Assembly (NCBI GenBank): GCA_051313645.2
Contig: JBNRSN020000029.1
Span: 11,222,001-11,286,000 of the forward strand
DNA: 64,000 bases
Direction: 5' to 3'
From: Centroscyllium fabricii
Lineage: Eukaryota
The notes beneath the pieces were generated by a model. It was given only the letters and a program-made list of their open reading frames with translations. It was not told the DNA's origin and did not search any database. The first letter of the stretch is position 1; the number at the start of each line of letters is the position of its first letter. The position numbers and the translations under genes are program-made. Positions 47,314 to 56,081 of this stretch are shown piece after piece.

Positions 47314-48249
47314 ATAGAAACATAGAAGATAGGAGCAGGAGTAGACCATTCGGCCCCTCGAACCTGCTTTGCCATTCAATGAGATCATGGCTGATCATCC
47401 AAATTCAGTACCCGGTCCCTGCCTTCTCCCCATATCCCTTGATCCCTTTAGCCTTAAGAAATACATCCAACTCTTTCTTTAGTATGTTTAATGAACTGTC
47501 CTCCACCGCCCTCTGTGGCAGAGTACTCCACAGGTTCACCACTCTCTGGGTGAAGAAATTCCTCCTCATCTCTGTGGCTTACCCCTTATCCTTAGACTAT
47601 GACCCCCGGTTCTGGACTCCCCAGCCATCGGGAACATCCTTCCTGCATCTAGTCTGTCCAGGCCTGACAGAACTTTATAGGTTTCGATGAGATCCCCTCT
47701 CAATCGTCTGAACTCCAGTGAGTATAAGCCCAATCGACACAATCTACCCTCATACGTCATTCCTGTCATCCCAGGTATCAGCCTGGTGAATCTTCGCTGC
47801 ACTCCTTGCATGGCAAGTACTTTCTTCCGCAGATGAGGCAACCAAAACTGCACACAATACTCAAGATGTGATCTCACCAAGGTCCTGTAGAGCTGCAGCA
47901 AAACATCCTTGTTCTTATATTAGAACCCTCTTGCTACGAAGGCCAACATACCATTTGCCTTCTTAACCGCCTGTTGCACCTGCATGCTTAACTTCAGCGA
48001 CTGGTGCACAAGAACACCCAGGTCTCTTTGCACTTCCCCTTCTCCCAATCTATTGCCATTCAAACAATAATCTGCCCTCCTGTTTTTGCCACCAAAGTGG
48101 ATAACCTCACATTTATCCACATTATAGTGCATTTGCCATGTTTCTGCCCAATCCCCCAACCTGTCCAAATCATACTGGAGTTTAACGAAATCCTCCTCAC
48201 AGCACACCTTCCCACCCAGCTTTGTGTCGTCTGCAAATTTGGAGATATT
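47312..48249 (-). mobile_element. CR1 LINE copy a, 3' part (RT C-terminus, 3' UTR, tail); decayed
   Basis: Minus-strand peptides NISKFADDTKLGG...HLEYCVQFW...QRRFTRLIPG...LEFRRLRGDLIETYK are typical CR1 ORF2. There is an in-frame TAA at 47920-47922 and a small deletion near 47575. The tail TTCTATGTTTCTATGT lies at the array junction. Confidence 0.95.
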
Positions 48250-49364
48250 GGGCCCTGTCTTCCTGTGGCCTGATTGCTGCGGGTGCGTGCAGATTTGCAC
48301 CCGTCCGAGATTTTTTATTTTTTTATCTGCTGGACTTCCTGTGTGAAATGTCGATTTTTTTTCGTGGGCAGGGGTCTGTTTTTTTTTGGTGCGTAGTGCT
48401 TTGTGCGTTGGTCGGGTGCAGGACACGCCCCCTGAGGTCGGCTTTTTGAGACCACGCCCCCACAGAACGCACAGATCAAAGAAAATCAAGTGTTCAACTA
48501 AAGAAAAGAACAGGTAGGGAAGAAGTTTTTCTTTGTTTTTTTTCAGTTTGTAGGAAGCTGGTCTTACAGCTTGTAAAGCTGATGGTTTTTATATTTTTTG
48601 TGATAGGTCAAAAATCGGCGATTTCAACCCCTGGCAGCTCTCAGCTGAAACAGCTCAGCTCTCAGCTGGAATCGCGTAGAAATCGCTGATTTTTTAACTA
48701 TCACCCAAAAATATATAAAGCTTCATGTTTGTGGTCTTACAGCTTGTAAATCTGCTGGTTTATATATTTTTTTGTGAAAGTTTAAAAAATCGGGAATTTG
48801 AACAGCTCAAATTCCCGATTTTTTAAACTTTCACAAAAAAATATATAAACCAGCAGATTTACAAGCTGTAAGACCACAAACATGAAGCTTTATATATTTT
48901 TGGGTGATAGTTAAAAAATCAGCGATTTCTACGCGATTCCAGCTGACAGCTGAGCTGTTTCAGCTGAGAGCTGCCAGGGGTTGAAATCGCCGATTTTTGA
49001 CCTATCACAAAAAATATAAAAACCATCAGATTTACAAGCTGTAAGACCACAAACAAATATCTCCAAAGGAATATTTTTTTTTAACACTTTAAACCTGTTT
49101 TTTTCACTTCTCAAACCTGCCTGCACTCTCTTAAGACTGGTATTTACGTGGGCAGAAAAATGGAGGCTTCCCCACGTTGTACACCTGAATTTTGAGCATC
49201 AGAGTACAGGAAGTCTGCAGCTCAAAGTGCTTCGTGGGGAGGAAGCTGAAGCCCCTTGCCCATCAGCACAGGAAGTTCACGTTTCTGGTAAGCACCTGAG
49301 CTGCCTCCCCATGAAGCATTTTCGTGGGGGGGCAGCTCTTCTGGAGCACAGGAAGACAGGGCCC
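48250..49364. mobile_element. Non-autonomous DNA transposon (MITE, 1115 bp) with 18-bp TIRs, possibly PIF/Harbinger-like
   Basis: Perfect TIRs GGGCCCTGTCTTCCTGTG (48250-48267) and CACAGGAAGACAGGGCCC (49347-49364), with ATT on both sides. The ACAGGAAG motif recurs subterminally (about 48335 reversed, 49206, 49268). It interrupts CR1-a and has no transposase ORF. The superfamily call is an inference from the GGGCCC ends and 3-bp flanks. Confidence 0.82.
48559..49049. repeat. Long inverted repeat (palindrome): 243-bp arms, 5-nt loop
   Basis: Arm 48559-48801 is the reverse complement of 48807-49049 around the loop ACAGC. Two mismatches were seen by eye. Confidence 0.95.
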
Positions 49365-49449
49365 ATTGTGAACAGCTGGGGTCCTAGGACCGATCCTTGC
49401 GATACCCCACTAGTCACTGCCTGCCACTCGGAAAATGACCCGTTTATTC
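49365..49449 (-). mobile_element. CR1 LINE copy a, continuation upstream of the MITE
   Basis: Minus-strand translation INGSFSEWQAVTSGVSQGSVLGPQLFT is the RT motif just upstream of the NISKFADD segment on the other side of the MITE. Confidence 0.9.
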
Positions 49450-50012
49450 TGTCGAAGTCTCGACTCCCTAGTAAGACTCTTTGAACATAAAGTATCGTCT
49501 AAGGCAGACTTTTATTATTTTACTTGCAGCAAGGGGAGGGCATGTAGTCAATGGCTACGCAAACCACTCCAAAGAACATAAGCGAAATGTAACATATTTA
49601 TACACTAAAAAAGGAGCAGGCTTTCTATATCACATGACATGGTATTGAATCATAGTTAACTGCAAAAGTACAGAGTTTGCAAAATACAAAGGAATTTGTT
49701 CAAGGTTAAATAAAAGGTCAGCAGAACAGGAATACTTTAAGATAAGACTAGCTAATCTCTCGACATGGAGTCTGTTTTTCTCCTTACTCATACCAGGCCA
49801 TCTTGATTCTAAGGCCGGTGTTTACCTTACTATGTCCTTGGCTATCTTAAGTTGATTAGGTAAGACTCTTTGTTCTGCACATCTAAGCTATCTGTTGGGG
49901 AACAACATGGTCTGCAAACTGAAGTTCCCTCATCATATCGAAACTTTAAACAACTGCTAATTCTTTCTAGGCAAGTCATAGTTTTTAGATATTTTATATC
50001 TTTTGTTCTGTG
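49450..50012 (-). mobile_element. ERV 3' LTR, R/U5-side part (split by CR1-b)
   Basis: The terminus TGTCGAAGT is an 8/9 inverted match to ACTTCTACA at 53185-53193. Minus-strand AATAAA lies at 49511-49516 and TATAAATA at about 49595-49602. Confidence 0.8.
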
Positions 50013-53000
50013 TCATAGAGTCATAGAATCATACAGCACAGAAAGAGGCCCTTCGGCCCATCACGTCCGTGCCGCCCATCCAAACCTAGTCTATTCTAAT
50101 CCCACTTTCCTGCATTTGGACCGTAGCCTTGTATGTTGTAACCTTTCAAGTGTACATCCAAATGCTTCTTGAACGTTGTGACTGTTCCCGCCTCTACCGT
50201 TCTTTCAGGCAGTGAGTTCCAGACTCCAACCACCCTCTGGGTGAAAAAGTTCTTCCTCACATCCCCCCAAAACCTCCTGCCTCTCACCCTGTATCTATGC
50301 CCCCTCGTTATTGACCCTTCCACCAATGGAAAAAATTCCCCGCCATCTACCTTATCTATGCCCCTCATGATTTTGTACACCTCAATCATGTCCCCTCTCA
50401 GCCTCCTCTGCTCCAAGGAAAACAACCCCAGCCTGTCCAGTCTCTCCTCATAGCTGAGGCTCTCCATCCCAGGCAGCATCCTGGTGAATCTCCTCTGCAC
50501 TCTCTCCAAAGCTATCACATCCTTCCTATAGTGTGGCGACCAGAACTGCACACAATACCCCAGCTGTGGCCTCACCAGTGTTTTGTACAGCTCCATCATC
50601 ACCTCCTTACTTTTATATTCTATGCCCCTGCTAATGAAGGCAAGTATCCCATATGCCTTCTTGACCACCCTACCCACCTGCCCTGCTGCCTTCAAGGACT
50701 TGTGTACCTGTACATCAAGGTCCCTCTGATCATCTGTCTTCCCTAGAGTGCTACCATTCATGGTGTATTCCCACTCCATGTTAGTCCTGCCAAAATTCAT
50801 CACTTCGCACTTTTCAGGGTTAAATTCCATTTGCCACTGTTCCGCCCATCTGACCAGCTCATCTATATCCCCCTGCAGCCTGCAGATCTCTTCCTCACTA
50901 TTTACCACCCCTCCTATCTTCGTGTCGTCTGCAAACTTGCTGATCATGCCTTTTACGTTGATATCCAAATCATTAATATAGATTACAAACAGCAAGGGAC
51001 CCAAAACTGATCCCTGCGGTACCCCACTGGACACCGGCCTCCAGTCACAAAAGCAACCTTCGACCATCACCCTCTGCCTTCTGTCACCAAGCCAGTTTTG
51101 GATCCATTGTGCCAAGGTGCCCTGGATCCCATGGGCTCTTACCTTCTTGAGTAGTCTCCGATGCGGGACCTTATCAAAATCCTTACTAAAATCCATGTAG
51201 ACCACATCCACTGCACTACCCCCATCCACATACTTGGTCACCCCTTCAAAAAATTCAATCAAATTAGTCAGACATGATCTTCCCTTGACAAAGCCATGTT
51301 GACTATCCTTAATTAATCCCTGACTCTCCAAGTGAAGACTGATTTTGTCCCTCAGAATTTTTTCCAGTAGCTTCCCCACCACCGATGTCAGGCTCACTGG
51401 CCTGTAGTTCCCTGGTTTTTCCCTACTGCCTTTCTTAAATAATGGTACCACATTGGCCATCCCCCAGTCCTCCGGCACATCCCCTGTTGCAAGAGAGGTT
51501 CTGAAAATTTGTGTCAAAGCCCCCGCAATCTCTTCCCTTGCCTCCCTCAGCATCTTGGGATACATCTCATCAGGACCTGGGGACTTATCTACTTTTAAGC
51601 CCGCTAGAACCGCTAGTACCTCCTCCCCGTCAATACTAATACGATCAAGTATATCACATCTCTCCTGTCCTATTTCTATGTCTGCATCGCCCCTCTCCAT
51701 CGTAAAAACAGATGCAAAAAATTCATTCAAAACCCCACCTACATCTTCTGGCTCCACACACAGCTTCCCGCTTTGGTCCCTGATGGGCCCCACTCTTTCC
51801 CTTGTTATCCTTTTACCCTTAATATACTTATAGAACACCTTGTGATTATCTTTTATTTTGCCCGCTAGTGTTATCTCATGGCCCCTCTTTGCTCTCGTAA
51901 TTTCTTTTTTAAGAACCCCCCTACACCTTCTGTATTCCTCTAAACTCACCTGTGACTTTAGTTCTTTATGCCTTCCAAAAGCCCCCTTTTTTTCCGAATC
52001 AATTTTAATATGTCGCTCGACATCCAAAGCTCCCTGGGCTTATTTGTCCCACCCGTGACCTTTTGGGGAACATGTTTCCTTTGTACTTTTTCAATTTCTT
52101 CTTTGAACGCCCCCCACTGTTCTGAAGCGGTCTTTCCTACGAGTAGCTGATCCCACTCCACTTTGGCCAATTTCTCCCTTATCAAATTAAAATCGGCCTT
52201 GCCCCAATTTAGAACTTTTACTTTTGGTCCATCTTTGTCCTTTTCCATTACCACCTTAAATATCACTGAATTGTGATCACTCTCACCAAAGTGCTCCACT
52301 ACTGACACTTCAACCACCTGCCTGTCCTCGTTCCCCAGGATTAAGTCCAATACCGCCCCCTCCCTTGTTGGACTTTCAACATATTGGCTCAAAAAGCCCC
52401 CCTGAACGACCTTTAGGAATTCTGCACCCTCTAAGCCCTTCCCACTTTGGCTATCCCAATCAATATTGGGGAAGTTGAAATCCCCTACTATTACTACCCC
52501 ATTGTTTCCACACACCTCCGAGATTTGCCTGCAAATCTGTTCCTCTATTTCCCTCTGACTGTTTGGGGGTCTGTAGTATACTCCCAGTAATGTGCTTGTC
52601 CCCTTTTTATTTCTAAGTTCCACTCAAATGGCCTCGTTAGAGGACCCAGTCAATATGTCATCCCTTCTTACAGCAGTAATTGATTCTTTGATTAATACTG
52701 CAACACCCCCTCCTCTTTTTCCCTCCACTCTGTCTCTCCTGAAGATTCTATACCCCAGAATATTGAGCTGCCAGTCCTGCCCCTCTCTCAGTCATGTTTC
52801 TGTAATGGCAACAATGTCGTTCTCCCATGTGTTTAACAACACCTTCAATTCATCCCCCTTGTTTGCAAGACTCCTTGCATTAAAATAAATGCCATCTAAC
52901 CTTGCCCTGCTCCCTTGTGTCGAGCCACTTTTGTTCTGCCTTCCAATCTGACTTGTTTTTTCCTCAATATTTGCCTTTTCGTCATCCCCTATTTTTGCTC

Positions 53001-53086
53001 CACTCTGTATCCCAGCCCCCTGCCAAGTTAGTTTAAACCCTCCCCAACAGTGCTAGCAAACCTCCCCGCCAGGATATTGGTCCCCC
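50013..53086 (-). mobile_element. CR1 LINE copy b, 5'-truncated inside the end of ORF1
   Basis: 3' tail reads CATAGAGTCATAGAATCAT on the + strand. The whole ORF2 span (APE + RT) is present. The last ORF1 codons read RGTNILAGRFASTVGEGLN* (stop 53028-53030). Probable TSD TCTGTG (50007-50012) / TCTGCG (53087-53092). Confidence 0.95.
50096..53020 (-). pseudogene. CR1 ORF2 (AP endonuclease + reverse transcriptase), disrupted; RT portion open at 50096-52027
   Basis: APE motifs YFNARSL, GVYYRPP, GDFNFP and SDHN. RT motifs NYRPVSLTS, QHGF, GVPQGSVLGP and FADD. TGG-to-TGA stops at 52792-52794 and 52624-52626, a frameshift near 51990, and KAFD changed to KDFD. Confidence 0.93.
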
Positions 53087-53193
53087 TCTGCGAAGCCATT
53101 TTGTATCCAAGTTATCTGGTCCTGTAGGAGTTCCAGGCTCCATTCTGTGTTGCCTGACTGTGCTCCATAATAATAAGGAAATACACTTCTACA
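53087..53193 (-). mobile_element. ERV 3' LTR, U3 start
   Basis: The minus strand starts TGTAGAAGT directly after a polypurine tract. Joined to 49450-50012 it gives an LTR of about 665 bp. Confidence 0.8.
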
Positions 53194-53205
53194 TTCCCCC
53201 CTTTT
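53194..53205 (-). promoter_or_regulatory. Polypurine tract of the ERV
   Basis: Minus-strand AAAAGGGGGGAA abuts the TG of the LTR, about 60 nt downstream of the env stop. Confidence 0.85.
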
Positions 53206-53267
53206 GTCCTTACTAGGACAATCTAATCCTTAAAATTTTATCTCATTCAATCGCCTTAGTTCTTCCC

Positions 53268-53587
53268 CTAGGGGACCGTTCTTCTCCTCTTCTTCATCAT
53301 GTCCCTTTGCACCATCATACTTCCTTCAGGTATAACTGCCTCACCTAACATATTACAACAGCACTTCATCATTGTAACAAACAGAATGATACATACAATC
53401 ATGGCTACTACTACTACTCCATGCAATAATGTCTGTCCTATTGATCCCAGCCATCCTTCCAGTATCCAGTTAAACCATCCTTGGCTCTTTGGATTCTCAT
53501 ACTGACTCATTGCATCTCTTATATGTTTAGCAATGTTAGTTATATTTTCTGAACTGTCTGGGATATAGGTACAACATTCTGCCCCCT
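53268..53587 (-). pseudogene. env: Retroviral envelope TM subunit, C-terminal remnant (class I, gamma/epsilon-like ERV)
   Basis: GAECCTYIPDSSENIT is the second half of the CX6CC motif. It is followed by a heptad region, the Trp-rich GWFNWILEGWLG, a hydrophobic TM (LLHGVVVVAMIVCIILFV) and a CCC tail. It lies just upstream of PPT+LTR. The first Cys, ISD and SU are missing. Confidence 0.85.
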
Positions 53588-53890
53588 TACTCAAATTCAA
53601 TTCACTGTTCCGGTGTTCCAATTCTGTCCCGCCTGGGGTATCCCCTGTTTCTTTTATCTTTCCTGATGTTACCCCACCTGGGGTCTCCTCTACATTGCTT
53701 CGGATCTTCTCTTTCGGTGTGCTCAGTTCATTTGTTGGTGCTGGTTAGTCATGGGCATGAGTACCCAATTGGCTTATGTATCAAAGTCTTACTACATAGC
53801 TTACATATATCAAATACACTATTATTACAAGTTGGATAACTACCAGAGCATGTGTGTTGTGTATGTATATAGTGTTCCAGTTAACATGGC
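53588..53890 (-). mobile_element. Probable ERV internal sequence upstream of the env deletion junction
   Basis: Contiguous with env. The env frame stays open for about 50 low-complexity codons and has no recognisable domain. Assigned by position only. Confidence 0.45.
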
Positions 53891-54894
53891 TGTAACGGTT
53901 GGGTGTATTCGGATTGAAGGCGGGGCCCAAATGCAGAGACACTGAAACGTTTATAATACTAAACAACTTTATTACTTAAACCCCTTATACTACCCTAAAC
54001 ATACAATTATAAATAGAATAGAAACACATCTACGACACAAGTCTTAATAAACAGACCGGCACAAACTTCCAAACAGCGAGCAATGAATTAGAGGGAGGCC
54101 ACGCAATCAAGCGCGACTTACTCCCACAAAATACCAGTCCTGGCATAACTGTCCAAACCCACAAGAGAACCGAGCAAGTCCTCCTCAACGAGCATGACAT
54201 CTCATTACACCCTCTGCTTAGAGGATGTGGGAACAGCTATGCTTCCAAATGACCAATGTCCAAACCAAGGTTCGGATGATGAAAAGAATGTCCATGTAGT
54301 GGAAATGGGTCCGACCTACTTCTTCTGCTCTTGCACAGAGACTTAACCCCATGGACGTCAGGCAGTAGCGCACCAGATCACACCGGCAGGGGGACTCCCT
54401 TACCAAACAGATGAATATCCATAGCTGAGTTCTCAATCGCAGGGAGCACTGTTAAGGCAGAGGAAAATGCGTTCCACCCCAGCTGCCCCTGTTGGGTAAC
54501 TCAGTCTGAGCACCAGAAATAGCAACGAACAAGTACCAGCTGAGTCCATCGATCTGCAACTTCCTTGATCTGTCACGGCCACTCAGCACAGCAGAAAACC
54601 ACCTCCTTCTAGTGGCCTGAAGAATGAATAATGGCAGTCCAGTCCCATGACGCATTACTCTCCAATGAACCAGCATCTGACCTCAGCCAACCTCCTGATT
54701 ATATGCTAACCCCAGTAAGTACCCTATTGGGTGATAGCCAATAATCCTGAGGGGCATGAGACCAGAGCACAACTTCCACACACATAGATAATAGAACAAT
54801 TAATCACTTAACTAGGGAACCTATTCCTTAAAACAGCTGTGGAAGCACAGCAAAAACAGCTTCTAATATTTAAAGGAACAGGCCCCCTGTGACA
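53891..54894 (-). mobile_element. 3' LTR (1004 bp) of a non-autonomous Tf1/sushi-type Gypsy element
   Basis: TGTAAC...GTGACA termini. Repeated 1182 bp away at 55073 with about 4 mismatches. Minus-strand ATATAA at 54699-54704 and AATAAA at 53968-53973. Confidence 0.9.
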
Positions 54895-55072
54895 GGACCC
54901 CCCCCTTAAAGGGCCGACAGTGACGGCCCAAATACCCAATAAGCCAAAATAGGGTGGGCGGAGGGTACAAAGAGGAGAACAACAGTCTACACAAAAAAAA
55001 AATCTTTTTTTTTTTTTTACCGAGTGCTTAAACGCAACAGTGTCTGCTGGGCCCCATCTGGCTGGTTCATTC
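54895..55072 (-). mobile_element. 178-bp non-coding interior of the LTR element (PBS and PPT only)
   Basis: PBS AATGAACCAGC (minus strand, 55061-55071) lies 1 nt after the 5' LTR. PPT AAGGGGGGGGTCC (54895-54907) lies before the 3' LTR. No ORF. Confidence 0.85.
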
Positions 55073-56025
55073 TGTAACGGTTGGGTGTATTCGGATTGAA
55101 GGCGGGGCCCAAATGCAGAGTCACTGAAACGTTTATAATACTAAACAACTTTATTACTTAAACCCCTTATACTACCCTAAACATACAATTATAAATAGAA
55201 TAGAAACACATCTACGACACAAGTCTTAATAAACAGACCGGCACAAACTTCCAAACAGCGAGCAATGAATTAGAGGGAGGCCACGCAATCAAGCGCGACT
55301 TACTCCCACAAAATACCAGTCCTGGCATAACTGTCCAAACCCACAAGAGAACCGAGCAAGTCCTCCTCAACGAGCATGACATCTCATTACACCCTCTGCT
55401 TAGAGGATGTGGGAACAGCTATGCTTCCAAATGACCAATGTCCAAACCAAGGTTCGGATGATGAAAAGAATGTCCATGTAGTGGAAATGGGTCCGACCTA
55501 CTTCTTCTGCTCTTGCACAGAGACTTAACCCCATGGACGTCAGGCAGTAGCGCACCAGATCACACCGGCAGGGGGACTCCCTTACCAAACAGATGAATAT
55601 CCATAGCTGAGTTCTCAATCGCAGGGAGCACTGTTAAGGCAGAGGGCAATGCGTTCCACCCCAGCTGCCCCTGTTGGGTAACTCGGTCTGAGCACCAGAA
55701 ATAGCAACGAACAAGTACCAGCTGAGTCCATCGATCTGCAACTTCCTTGATCTGTCACGGCCACTCAGCACAGCAGAAAACCACCTCCTTCTAGTGGCCT
55801 GAAGAATGAATAATGGCAGTCCAGTCCCATGACGCATTACTCTCCAATGAACCAGCATCTGACCTCAGCCAACCTCCTGATTATATGCTAACCCCAGTAA
55901 GTACCCTATTGGGTGATAGCCAATAATCCTGAGGGGCATGAGACCAGAGCACAACTTCCACACACATAGATAATAGAACAATTAATCACTTAACTAGGGA
56001 ACCTATTCCTTAAAACAGCTGTGGA
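55073..56025 (-). mobile_element. 5' LTR of the same element, interrupted in U3 by the Tx1 LINE
   Basis: Near-identical to 53891-54843. It stops at ...AACAGCTGTGGA, where the LINE 3' end begins. Confidence 0.92.
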
Positions 56026-56081
56026 TCTCTTTTGATACACGGATTATCTGTAACCAAAAATTTTACTTAACTTTTAACAAA

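Noticed and set aside
89-47317. Dozens of long ORFs on both strands (TLNTAP, YTEHSP, GAVFSV and Cys-rich CVQCRG repeats) as real genes
   Set aside because: An 18-bp unit lacking stops in four of six frames produces them automatically. They overlap on both strands, switch frame at indel units, and have no signal peptide or unique domain.
47305-47330. The array variant TACATAGAAG as a specific CR1 target or a CR1-derived unit
   Set aside because: It resembles the CR1 tail (ACATAGAA), but the variant normally follows AATCCC or AATCAC, whereas this junction follows AGCCCC. Only a 3-4 bp microhomology is supportable.
47920-48489. 189-aa ORF as a novel RT fusion protein
   Set aside because: It is chance read-through from MITE sequence into a decayed CR1 RT fragment that ends at a nonsense codon.
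54993-55018. A10-TC-T14 hairpin as an intrinsic terminator
   Set aside because: The context is a eukaryotic retroelement interior. These are simple homopolymers without a GC stem.
54218-55858. Duplicated 72- and 74-aa ORFs (and the related 62879-63250 ORF)
   Set aside because: They lie inside the LTR copies, recur only because the LTR does, and resemble no known domain.
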